Assembly (NCBI RefSeq): GCF_000015025.1 | Contig: NC_008578.1 | Location: 2,340,001 to 2,372,000, forward strand | Length of the DNA: 32,000 bases | Direction: 5' to 3' | Source of the DNA: Acidothermus cellulolyticus 11B | GTDB lineage: Bacteria; Actinomycetota; Actinomycetes; Acidothermales; Acidothermaceae | Shown here: one piece after another, positions 7,726 through 15,999 of the stretch | Numbering within the stretch: the stretch's first letter is position 1 | How the letters are laid out: each line of letters opens with the position of its first letter | Notes under the pieces: generated by a model | Databases searched by the model: none | The model's input: only the letters and a program-made list of their open reading frames with translations | What the model was told of the DNA's origin: nothing | Translations under genes and position numbers: made by a program

Positions 7726-9242
7726 GGTCGCTCCAAAGCCGAACCGCCGCCCACGGACGGCAGGCTGGCGAGCAGGCTCCGCGTCGAGATCGTCTCACCC
7801 CGGCTGAAGAGCTCAGCGTCCGGAACCGGAGTCGGATAATCGCCGTCAAAGCACGCCCGGCAGAGTGCATGCCGCGGCATCCCCGTCGCGGCAACCAGGC
7901 CATCAAGTGAGACGTAGCCGAGGGAATCCGCACCGAGTGAGCGGCAGATTTCGTCGACGGTAAGGCCGTTCGCGATGAGCTCACCGCGTGTAGCGAAGTC
8001 GATGCCGTAAAAGCAGGGCCACTTCACCGGCGGCGAGGAGATGCGCACGTGCACCTCAGTCGCCCCCGCTTCGCGCAGCATGCGAACCACCGCTCGCTGC
8101 GTATTCCCTCGCACGATCGAATCGTCGACGACGACAAGCCGTTTCCCCCGGATGACGTCACGGAGGGGATTGAGCTTGAGCCGGATGCCGAGTTGCCGCA
8201 GGCTCTGCGACGGCTGGATGAACGTCCGGCCCACGTATGCGTTCTTCACCAAGCCGGCGGCGTACGGAATGCCCGATTCCTCGGCGTAGCCGATCGCCGC
8301 AGGCGTTCCGGAATCCGGGGTGGGCATCACGAGGTCGGCGTCCGCCGGGGCCTCGCGGGCCAACCGACGCCCGACCTCAACCCGAACGGCATGCACGTTG
8401 CGGCCTCCGAATCGCGAATCGGGGCGCGCCAGGTAAACGAATTCAAAGACACAGAACCGCGGTGCCGGCGGCGCAAAGCGCAGGGACCGCGGACCGCGTT
8501 CATCAATCGCCAGCAATTCACCGGGCTCAATGTCCCGGACATAGGCCGCGCCGACGATATCGAGCGCCGCTGTCTCACTCGCCACCACCCAACCACGTTC
8601 GATTCTGCCGAGCGCCAACGGGCGAAAACCCCGTGGATCGCGGGCGGCGTACAGAGTGGTCTCGTCGAGAAACACAAAGCTGAAGGCCCCGTCGACTCGA
8701 GGCAATACCGCCAGGGCGGCGTTCTCCAGACTCTGTTCAAGGTGCGCCGCCAGAAGAGCGGTCACCAGATCGGTATCCGACGTCGAGGACACCGGCCGCC
8801 TGGTAAAAGGAATCTCACCGCTCCGCTCGCCCACGTCCTCGAGCATTTTCGCGAGCTCACCGGTATTCGTGAGGTTTCCGTTGTGCGCCAGAGCGATGCT
8901 CCCGACTGGTGTGGCGCGAAACGTTGGTTGCGCGTTCTCCCAGACCGATGCGCCTGCCGTCGAATACCGAGTATGACCAATGGCGACGTGTCCACGCAGG
9001 CCGGCAAGATTCGCCTCGTTGAAGACCTGAGAGACGAGGCCCATATCCTTGTAGACGAGAATCTTCTCGCCGTTGCTCACGGCGATGCCTGCGGATTCTT
9101 GACCGCGGTGCTGCAGTGCGTACAACCCAAAGTAGGTAAGGTTAGCCACCTCCTCCCCGGGAGCCCAGATACCGAAGACTCCGCACTCTTCCCGGGCGCC
9201 GGAAAAAGCCGGGGCAGGAGCTCGGCCGTCGCAGACACGCAC
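7722..9242 (-). CDS. purF: Amidophosphoribosyltransferase
   Basis: It has an N-terminal propeptide followed by the catalytic CGVFGIW, then YALQHRGQESAGIA, HTRYST and the PRPP loop VVVDDSIVRGNT. The GTG start at 9242 follows GGAAGGGA, but the exact start is uncertain. Confidence 0.93.
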   Translation of the reverse strand: MRVCDGRAPAPAFSGAREECGVFGIWAPGEEVANLTYFGLYALQHRGQESAGIAVSNGEKILVYKDMGLVSQVFNEANLAGLRGHVAIGHTRYSTAGASVWENAQPTFRATPVGSIALAHNGNLTNTGELAKMLEDVGERSGEIPFTRRPVSSTSDTDLVTALLAAHLEQSLENAALAVLPRVDGAFSFVFLDETTLYAARDPRGFRPLALGRIERGWVVASETAALDIVGAAYVRDIEPGELLAIDERGPRSLRFAPPAPRFCVFEFVYLARPDSRFGGRNVHAVRVEVGRRLAREAPADADLVMPTPDSGTPAAIGYAEESGIPYAAGLVKNAYVGRTFIQPSQSLRQLGIRLKLNPLRDVIRGKRLVVVDDSIVRGNTQRAVVRMLREAGATEVHVRISSPPVKWPCFYGIDFATRGELIANGLTVDEICRSLGADSLGYVSLDGLVAATGMPRHALCRACFDGDYPTPVPDAELFSRGETISTRSLLASLPSVGGGSALERP

Positions 9243-9292
9243 TGTGAGGCAATCCCTTCCGTGGCGGACACCGGCCGCACGCAGGTCTCAGT

Positions 9293-9889
9293 TTACGGTT
9301 CGCGGGACCGCGCTGCGAGGCGCCAGGTGCGGCAGATGACCGGAAGGTGGGCGCTCAGGTCGCTGCGCGGTCCGCTGGCCGTCAGGCTTCCGCGATCAGC
9401 CGCTTCGTCCCAGGACAATCGGCCGCTGGCGACGGCCAGCCAGGTGACCGGGTCCGTCTCCACGGTGTTCGGCGGCGTTCCTCTGGTGTGCCGCGGACCC
9501 GCTCCGCACTGAATGGCGGCCACGGGCGGTACCCGCACCTCGACCGCCTTCCCCGGGCATTCCTCCGCCAACAGAAAGAGGGTGGCTCGTACCGCCATGC
9601 GGAGCGCACCGTCATCGACCGGATGGCGGTCGAGCTGGTGGACGACGGCCTCGCCGCATAACACGGCCAAGCCGGCGTCACCGCTTCGACGCGCGGTGAA
9701 CCGCGGCGCCGTTCTTTCGACCACCCCAGCCAGGTCATCGCCGGCAAGGGCGGGGTCGGCACCGAGGGTCGCGAGAAGAACTTCGCGCAGATGCTCGGTC
9801 GTCGCGCCGGCAAGCGGTTCCGCGGCGATGGACCGCCACTGAGCGAGGACGGCTTCGGCAAGGTTGGCAGGCAGCAGCCGGCGGCTCAT
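9293..9889 (-). CDS. Sterol-carrier (SCP2-like) family protein of unknown role, embedded in the pur operon
   Basis: 198 aa. The C-terminal [33 protein letters not shown] resembles the SCP2-like or MDMPI C-terminal fold. The ATGA overlap with the purL stop indicates translational coupling. The functional call is from memory only. Confidence 0.45.
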   Translation of the reverse strand: MSRRLLPANLAEAVLAQWRSIAAEPLAGATTEHLREVLLATLGADPALAGDDLAGVVERTAPRFTARRSGDAGLAVLCGEAVVHQLDRHPVDDGALRMAVRATLFLLAEECPGKAVEVRVPPVAAIQCGAGPRHTRGTPPNTVETDPVTWLAVASGRLSWDEAADRGSLTASGPRSDLSAHLPVICRTWRLAARSREP

Positions 9890-12150
9890 GACATCAGCGC
9901 GGCAAAGGCGGCCGGCAGGGTCGTCGCCCAGGCGGCATGCAGGTCGTCCAACGGAATCGCGAAATAATCCTCGACCACGAAGTCGGCGCCGCCGGTACGG
10001 CCGATGACAGCGGCGGGAACGCCGTGACGAGCGCAGAGAGCTTCGAATTCCGTCACGTTGCCGGGCGCAACGGCGACGACGGCCCGAGCCGTTGATTCGG
10101 CGAAAAGCGCAACGAATGGATCACCCGTCAGGGAAATCCGCACTCCGCGCCAGCCCCGCAGGCACGATTCGACAAGAGCCTGCGCCAACCCGCCGTCGGA
10201 GAGATCGTGCGCGGCGTGCACCAGCCGCCGCTGCGCCGATTCCACGAGGACGGCGGCAAGGGACCGCTCCGCCGCGAAATCGACCGCGGGCGGCCGCCCG
10301 CCGAGATGGCCGTGGATGACGTGCGCCCACTCGCTGCCGCCGAATTCGTCCCGCGTCGTGCCCAACAGGTACACCACGTCGCCGTCGTCGGAAAATCCGA
10401 TGCGCAACCGAGTCGTGACGTCGTCCAATACGCCGAGGACACCCACCACGGGTGTCGGGTGAATCGAGCGTGCGCCGGTCTGGTTGTAGAAGCTGACGTT
10501 GCCGCCGGTGACGGGGACGTCGAGCGCAAGGCAGCCATCCGCCAGGCCGCGGACCGCCTCGGCGAATTGCCACATCACTTCGGGATCTTCAGGAGAGCCG
10601 AAATTCAGGCAGTTCGTGACCGCCAGCGGACGCGCACCCGCCGAGGCGACGTTACGGTACGCCTCGCAGAGCGCGAGCTGAGCTCCGACGTACGGATCGA
10701 GACGGGCGTATCGGCCATTCCCGTCGAGCGACAGCGCGACCCCTATGCGTACTGCGTCATCGTCCGTGAGACGCACCACACCGGCGTCGTCCGGCATTGC
10801 CGCGACGGTATTGCCGAGGACGTACCGGTCGTATTGCTCGGTCACCCACGTTTTGTCGGCCAGATTAGGCGAAGCCGCAAGGCGCAGCACGGTGGCGCGC
10901 AGCTGGTCCGGCGATGTCGGACGGGCGAGCCGCCCCGGGTCGTCGCTGAGCATCACGGCCCGCTCGGCTGGTTCCCGCATTGGACGCCGATAGACCGGGC
11001 CATCGTGCGCGACGCTCCGCGGTGGAACGTCGACGACGAGCTCGCCCCGCCAGTAGACGTGCAGTCGGCCGGTATCGGTGACCTCGCCGATGATTGTCGC
11101 CGGCACGTCCCACTTGTCGCAAATTTCCATGAAACGCGGAATATTTTCCGGCGTGACGACCGCGCACATCCGTTCCTGCGACTCGCTCATGAGAATTTCT
11201 TCCGGGGCGAGCGACTCGTCGCGGAGCGGGACGGCGTCCAACTCGACGCGCATTCCCCCGCTTCCGGCCGATGCCAGTTCGGCGGTCGCGCAACTCAGTC
11301 CTGCCGCACCAAGGTCCTGGATACCGACGACGAGGTGGGCGGCGAAAAGCTCCATGCAGCATTCAATGAGCACCTTTTCGGTGAACGGATCCCCGACCTG
11401 CACGCTCGGCCGCCGCTTGGCGGCATGCTCGTCGAACGTCGCACTCGCCAGCACCGACGCCCCCCCGATCCCGTCGCCGCCGGTCCGCGCTCCGAACAGA
11501 ACCACCTTGTTGCCGATACCGGTTGCACTCGCCTGCTGCACCCCGTCGACCGGCAAGACCCCGACGCACAAGGCGTTGACGAGCGGATTAGCGGCATAGC
11601 ACGGATCGAACGAGATTTCGCCGCCGATGTTCGGCAGACCCAGGCAATTGCCGTATCCGCCGATGCCGGCGACCACCCCGGGCGCGACCCGCTTGGTGTC
11701 GGGCGCCTCGAGTGGCCCGAAACGCAGGGAGTCCATGACCGCGACGGGCCGCGCTCCCATCGCGAGAATGTCCCGCACAATCCCGCCGACACCGGTCGCC
11801 GCACCCTGGTACGGCTCGACGTAGCTGGGATGATTGTGCGATTCCACTTTGAACGTCACCGCGCAGCCACGCCCGACCCGGACGACACCGGCATTCGCGC
11901 CGATTCCCGCGACGAGAACATCGCGCGCGCTCGGAGGCACCTTCTCCGCAAATTGCCGAAGGTGCACCTTCGACGATTTGTACGAGCAATGCTCGCTCCA
12001 CATGACGGAATAGATGGCTAATTCGCAGGACGTCGGTCGCCGTCCGAGGATTTCGCGGATGCGTGCGTACTCGTCATCGGTCAGGCCAAGCTCCCGGTAC
12101 GGCAGGGCCTGATCGGGCGTTCTGGTGGCGTGCGCAACAGTATCGATCAT
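9886..12150 (-). CDS. purL: Phosphoribosylformylglycinamidine synthase subunit PurL (FGAM synthase II)
   Basis: 754 aa with [24 protein letters not shown]-like [14 protein letters not shown] and a duplicated AIR-synthase-like fold. It overlaps the purQ stop by 4 nt. Confidence 0.95.
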   Translation of the reverse strand: MIDTVAHATRTPDQALPYRELGLTDDEYARIREILGRRPTSCELAIYSVMWSEHCSYKSSKVHLRQFAEKVPPSARDVLVAGIGANAGVVRVGRGCAVTFKVESHNHPSYVEPYQGAATGVGGIVRDILAMGARPVAVMDSLRFGPLEAPDTKRVAPGVVAGIGGYGNCLGLPNIGGEISFDPCYAANPLVNALCVGVLPVDGVQQASATGIGNKVVLFGARTGGDGIGGASVLASATFDEHAAKRRPSVQVGDPFTEKVLIECCMELFAAHLVVGIQDLGAAGLSCATAELASAGSGGMRVELDAVPLRDESLAPEEILMSESQERMCAVVTPENIPRFMEICDKWDVPATIIGEVTDTGRLHVYWRGELVVDVPPRSVAHDGPVYRRPMREPAERAVMLSDDPGRLARPTSPDQLRATVLRLAASPNLADKTWVTEQYDRYVLGNTVAAMPDDAGVVRLTDDDAVRIGVALSLDGNGRYARLDPYVGAQLALCEAYRNVASAGARPLAVTNCLNFGSPEDPEVMWQFAEAVRGLADGCLALDVPVTGGNVSFYNQTGARSIHPTPVVGVLGVLDDVTTRLRIGFSDDGDVVYLLGTTRDEFGGSEWAHVIHGHLGGRPPAVDFAAERSLAAVLVESAQRRLVHAAHDLSDGGLAQALVESCLRGWRGVRISLTGDPFVALFAESTARAVVAVAPGNVTEFEALCARHGVPAAVIGRTGGADFVVEDYFAIPLDDLHAAWATTLPAAFAALMS

Positions 12151-12824
12151 GCTGGAACCAGGGAACGGAGCAGACTGACAAAGAAGCCAAGCCCGTCGGT
12201 CGAAGGACCGGTCAGCGGATCAATCGCATGCTCCGGATGGGGCATCAACCCGACGACATTGCCTTCCGCATTGGCAATTCCTGCGATGTCGTGCATCGAG
12301 CCGTTGGGGTTGGATCCGGCGTACCGGACGACGACCCGGCCGGTCTCCTCGAGGTGACGGAGTGTCTGCTCGTCCGCCACATACCGGCCCTCGCCGTGCT
12401 TGGCGGGGATCAGAATCCGGCTCCCGGGACGGTACGCCGACGTCCACGGTGTCTCGACGCTCTCGACGCGCAGCGGCTGGTCAACACAGCGGAAATGAAG
12501 GTGCGCGTTACGGATCAGCGCCCCCGGGAGCAAGTGGGCTTCACACAGGATCTGGAAACCGTTGCAGATGCCCAACACCGGCATGCCGTCCCGCGCCGCC
12601 GCAATGACGGCTTCCATGACCGGAGAGAACCGCGCGATTGCGCCGGGGCGGAGATAGTCGCCGTAGGAGAAACCGCCGGGGAGGATGACGGCGTCGACTC
12701 CCGCGAGGGAGTTGTCCTTATGCCATAAGCTGACCGGCTCGGCGCCAGCGGCCCGGACCGCCCGGGACGCGTCCCGATCGTCCAGCGAGCCGGGGAAGGT
12801 CACCACACCGACGCGGACGCCCAC
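12147..12824 (-). CDS. purQ: Phosphoribosylformylglycinamidine synthase glutaminase subunit PurQ
   Basis: 225 aa class I glutamine amidotransferase. It has [17 protein letters not shown] and the GICNGFQ nucleophile elbow, and MPHPE near the C-terminus. It uses a GTG start after GAGGAG. Confidence 0.93.
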   Translation of the reverse strand: MGVRVGVVTFPGSLDDRDASRAVRAAGAEPVSLWHKDNSLAGVDAVILPGGFSYGDYLRPGAIARFSPVMEAVIAAARDGMPVLGICNGFQILCEAHLLPGALIRNAHLHFRCVDQPLRVESVETPWTSAYRPGSRILIPAKHGEGRYVADEQTLRHLEETGRVVVRYAGSNPNGSMHDIAGIANAEGNVVGLMPHPEHAIDPLTGPSTDGLGFFVSLLRSLVPA

Positions 12825-12860
12825 CGACTCCTCACTTCCTGATCGCTGCCGGCTGCCCGC

Positions 12861-13106
12861 TCACTCGGACCGGCGCACGACAAAGTCTTCGATCACTGGA
12901 TTGCTCAGCAGCGTGGCGGCCAGCTCTTCGATCATTGCAAGCGTGGCGTCGTCGAGGGTGCCGTCGACGTCCAGCTCAAAGTGCTTCCCTTGACGGACAG
13001 AACGGACTCCCGTGTGCCCCAATCTCTTGATCGCACCAAGAATCGCCTGACCCTGCGGATCGAGGATCTCAGGCTTGAGCATGACGTCGACAGCGACGCG
13101 CGCCAC
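12861..13106 (-). CDS. purS: Phosphoribosylformylglycinamidine synthase subunit PurS
   Basis: 81 aa, reading VDVMLKPEILDPQGQAI...NPVIEDF. It uses a GTG start after AAGGAG and sits directly upstream of purQ. Confidence 0.9.
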   Translation of the reverse strand: MARVAVDVMLKPEILDPQGQAILGAIKRLGHTGVRSVRQGKHFELDVDGTLDDATLAMIEELAATLLSNPVIEDFVVRRSE

Positions 13107-13162
13107 ATCAACTCCTTGCGGTACGGGCGACCGGACGCGTCCAGCGTAATCGAGCAGGCGGG

Positions 13163-13400
13163 CACGGCTCGCGGTGCTCCCACGGCGCGCGGGGCGGCAC
13201 GGGCACGGTGCTCACCCTGACGTCCACGGCTCGCGGTGCTCCCCCATGGCCCGCCGGGCGGCACGGGTGACGCCGAGGCCCCGGTCAATGCGTGCGGCAC
13301 CCCGTTCCCAGCGGCTGCGCAGGTCGGATGACGTGTCTTCGCCGTGCCCGGCATGCCCCAGGCGACCCGGGCGGCTGCGCAGGTTGGGTGGTGTGCCCAC
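13163..13400. repeat. Degenerate tandem repeats of about 60 bp between purS and the accessory cassette
   Basis: cacggctcgcggtgctccc occurs at 13163-13181 and 13225-13243 (62-bp spacing), each followed by ...cggcacggg. gcggctgcgcaggt occurs at 13311-13324 and 13371-13384 (60-bp spacing). Confidence 0.75.
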
Positions 13401-13461
13401 GCGGCGCATGTCCTCCGCCGGCACGCCGGACGGCGGGGGGCACGCGCCACGCAAAGCACCC

Positions 13462-13490
13462 TTGACAGACGAATTCACCATAAGTAGTCT
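13462..13490 (+). promoter_or_regulatory. Consensus-like housekeeping-sigma promoter for the 13552-15922 cassette
   Basis: TTGACA (13462-13467), an exact 17-nt spacer, then TAGTCT (13485-13490), which fits TAnnnT. It lies about 60 nt upstream of the ATG at 13552, which follows GGGGGGA. Confidence 0.5.
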
Positions 13491-13551
13491 CAGCAGACGG
13501 TTAGTGTAATGGACGGTGTAAGCGACTGACTGACGAAGTTTCGGGGGGATC

Positions 13552-14577
13552 ATGAAACCGCATCGGCATGTCGTCACGGACGTTGACGCTTGTCTCGGCC
13601 CCGCTGAGGGTCGATTCTTCGGCTCCGGTTATCGCCGGGTCACGCGTGAGCTCTCGGAGGTTGTGCTGCGGGCCATGTCGTTGGGAGACTCAATCGAAGC
13701 CTGTGCCCGTGTCCACTATCCCGTCGATTGGTCGTGCAAGGCCGCCGGAGAGCTTGCTCCTCACCTGAGCAGTATTGACGCGGCACTGATCGCCATCGAC
13801 CTTGCCGAGTTGTATGTGTCGCACGGCGAACGTTTCGACGGCGACGCCCGCCGACGCAGCTGGATATCCGAACTTGCCCTGACTGCAGGTTCACGCCCCA
13901 CTGATGTGCGCACGGCATTTCCCTGCTCGCTTCACGCAGCGGAGGGCGGCTCACGGGAGAACGGGCATTTTCGGACCCGATTTGACGGGCGAATCGGGTC
14001 GATCCGTGTCCGGCTCGAGATTGAGCACGACGTCGCGCTCCCGCCGCTTCCCCAGACCGGCCGCACCGTTGTCGACGCATCGGTCCTCGGGACGGACGGC
14101 AGCCGCTACTTCAGCACGGGTTATCGCAACCGGCGGCATACGATTTCTGAGCTCCTCGTGGACGTTGAACGCCGCGCCGCCGCGGCCAGTCTCATGGTGA
14201 GCGGCGACACGTGCCGATCCGACACCGGTCTCGGTGGCGCATATCAGCCCACCGTCTCCGTCATAGAAATCATCGTGAGCCTGGCCCAACTCGCGCAGGT
14301 CGTCCTCTACCAGGCGGACGATCTGCCCCGGCAACACAGCAATACGCTCTGGATGCGCGCGATCTGGCTCACCGCCCATACGCCCTCGCATCCCCTGAAC
14401 GCGCCCATCCCGATCCGCGTCGGCACACGCCGGTGGGACCAGGTACAAATGGACTCGCGCACCTGGCGGCTGGCCGAATTCTACGGATCCCTTCCGGGCG
14501 TTGACGTCGGCGCACGACTCGCGCATGCCCTGCCTGAACGCGTGAGTCTTCCGGAATTAGACCGGGTGGCGCCGTGA
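13552..14577 (+). CDS. Internally duplicated protein, tentatively AvrD-family (syringolide-type acyl-sugar signal synthase-like)
   Basis: 341 aa in two homologous halves. LGPAEGRFFGSGYRRVTRELSEV aligns with LGTDGSRYFSTGYRNRRHTISEL, PHLSSIDAALIAIDLAELYV with YQPTVSVIEIIVSLAQLAQVVLY, and RRSWISELALTAGSRP with SNTLWMRAIWLTAHTP. The RYFGxGY and SNTLWMR motifs match my recollection of Pseudomonas syringae AvrD, but the family call is unverified. The gene itself is well supported by its long ORF, ribosome-binding site and promoter. Confidence 0.5.
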   Translation: MKPHRHVVTDVDACLGPAEGRFFGSGYRRVTRELSEVVLRAMSLGDSIEACARVHYPVDWSCKAAGELAPHLSSIDAALIAIDLAELYVSHGERFDGDARRRSWISELALTAGSRPTDVRTAFPCSLHAAEGGSRENGHFRTRFDGRIGSIRVRLEIEHDVALPPLPQTGRTVVDASVLGTDGSRYFSTGYRNRRHTISELLVDVERRAAAASLMVSGDTCRSDTGLGGAYQPTVSVIEIIVSLAQLAQVVLYQADDLPRQHSNTLWMRAIWLTAHTPSHPLNAPIPIRVGTRRWDQVQMDSRTWRLAEFYGSLPGVDVGARLAHALPERVSLPELDRVAP

Positions 14578-15143
14578 ACTGCCGCGCGCCGTTCCTCCTC
14601 CGAGACGACATTCTCGTCATCTTCGAGGGCTCCCGTCGTCTCATCTGGCGTCCTCAGGGCCGTCGCGACGCTGTCCCTGAATTGTGGCCCCAGAAGGCCG
14701 ACATCGAGTGGATCGCCAGACGAAGGAACGGCGGGCGGCCGATCCTCGTTCTTCTCGAGGAACCTCCCGCCCGACTCACGTTCCTGCCGGAGGAGGTTGA
14801 GGCTTTCCCCAAGAAGCTCCTGCGCTACGTACGCCCCACCGACGGTGGGCTTTTTGAATTCGTCATTCCATTCCTCGACTGGCTGCCGGAAGACGTCCGC
14901 GGCCGGGCGCAGATTCTGGTGAGCCGTGCGACGGCGCTTCGCGCGACATCGCCGACGCCCTTGCTGCCGCCGTGGCTGTTCGAAACCGACGTCGACAGCC
15001 GGGAGAGCGTGCGCTTTGCCTTCCGGCTGCGCCCACATCTATGCAGTGACGCCGATGTCGCGGCCCTCGCCGCCTACGCGCGCGGCAGTCTGCCGCCGCT
15101 TGAACCGGCGCATTCGTTCAGAGAAGAGGTACACAAGGCATGA
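14574..15143 (+). CDS. Hypothetical protein with no recognisable domain
   Basis: 189 aa. Its GTG start overlaps the upstream TGA (GTGA at 14574-14577) and its stop overlaps the next ATG (ATGA at 15140-15143). The composition looks coding, whereas the competing minus-strand ORF 14481-15038 is Arg-rich shadow sequence. Confidence 0.6.
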   Translation: MNCRAPFLLRDDILVIFEGSRRLIWRPQGRRDAVPELWPQKADIEWIARRRNGGRPILVLLEEPPARLTFLPEEVEAFPKKLLRYVRPTDGGLFEFVIPFLDWLPEDVRGRAQILVSRATALRATSPTPLLPPWLFETDVDSRESVRFAFRLRPHLCSDADVAALAAYARGSLPPLEPAHSFREEVHKA

Positions 15144-15922
15144 CGCAGTCCGTCCCGCAACCGGTCGCCATCGCAATTTCCGGAACATACTCCACCGGAA
15201 AGACGACGACAACCGAAGCACTGTCTCTGGCGACCGGAATCCCGACAATCCAGGCCCGATCAGCGAGAGAAATTCTCTTTGACCTGACGCCGGAGAAGAA
15301 CTTTCAGCACCTGGATGCACGTGAGCTTCTTGCTCTCGGCCTGCGTCGGCTCGAAGAACGCATTCACGGCGAGGCTCTTGCCGCATCAAACGGCTGCTTT
15401 CTCTCTGACGGCTCGGTGTTGAACGAGTGGGTTTACGGAAGGGTCCGTATGATTGTGGGACTCAATCCCGGTGCACCGTTGCTTGAGCGGGCGCTGCGCC
15501 GCATCGCCGGCTTCGGCGCCCGACGCTTCACGGAACGCTACCTGGACGCCTACGGTACGGTCGTGAAGGAGCGCGCAAAGCGCCTGTACACGTGCTTTGT
15601 TCACCTGCCGGTTGAGTTTCCGATGGATCCGGACGGTCACCGGCCGGTCTCCGAGAGGTACCGCACGCTCTCCGACACGTTGCTGCTCGACACCGTCAAC
15701 GAGCTCGGAATACCGTGCGCGGTCGTCCGCGGCACCCTATCCGAACGGATCGCGGCAATTGTCGACCACTATCGTCTTCCCCTTGCCATGCCGATAGAGG
15801 ATGCCGTTCGGCTCGCCCGAGAACGCATCGGCGCAAGCCGGGATGCACTCCACGAACGCTGGCTCGCCACCCGTGAGCAGCCGTCGATCGTCCGCCGAAT
15901 GCGATACGCCTCGCGCTATTAG
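15140..15922 (+). CDS. P-loop NTPase of the AAA_28/NadR-kinase-like type
   Basis: 260 aa with a Walker A motif in IAISGTYSTGKTTTTEAL close to the N-terminus. It has the size and layout of small-molecule kinase-like AAA_28 proteins. Its start is coupled to the upstream gene by an ATGA overlap. Confidence 0.6.
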   Translation: MTQSVPQPVAIAISGTYSTGKTTTTEALSLATGIPTIQARSAREILFDLTPEKNFQHLDARELLALGLRRLEERIHGEALAASNGCFLSDGSVLNEWVYGRVRMIVGLNPGAPLLERALRRIAGFGARRFTERYLDAYGTVVKERAKRLYTCFVHLPVEFPMDPDGHRPVSERYRTLSDTLLLDTVNELGIPCAVVRGTLSERIAAIVDHYRLPLAMPIEDAVRLARERIGASRDALHERWLATREQPSIVRRMRYASRY

Positions 15923-15999
15923 GCGGCCGCCCGACGCCGACAGCATGCCCGGCATCCACGTCGGCACCCAACGGAAGACCCGATGACCATGGAGGATTC

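Noticed and set aside
10207-12021. 604-aa plus-strand ORF antisense to purL. Similar long antisense ORFs occur at 872-1906 (in xylA), 8049-9512 (in purF), 21336-22292 and 22289-23212 (in znuA/znuC), 23896-25122, and 24893-26893 (in the PilB-like gene).
   Set aside because: These are typical high-GC shadow ORFs. Their compositions are Arg/Pro/Gly/Asp-rich with no recognisable motifs. Each lies fully inside a confidently identified gene on the other strand.
12932-13459. 175-aa minus-strand ORF between purS and the cassette.
   Set aside because: It overlaps the 3' part of purS in another frame. Elsewhere it only translates the roughly 60-bp repeats (recurring HPTCAAA), so it is a repeat artefact.
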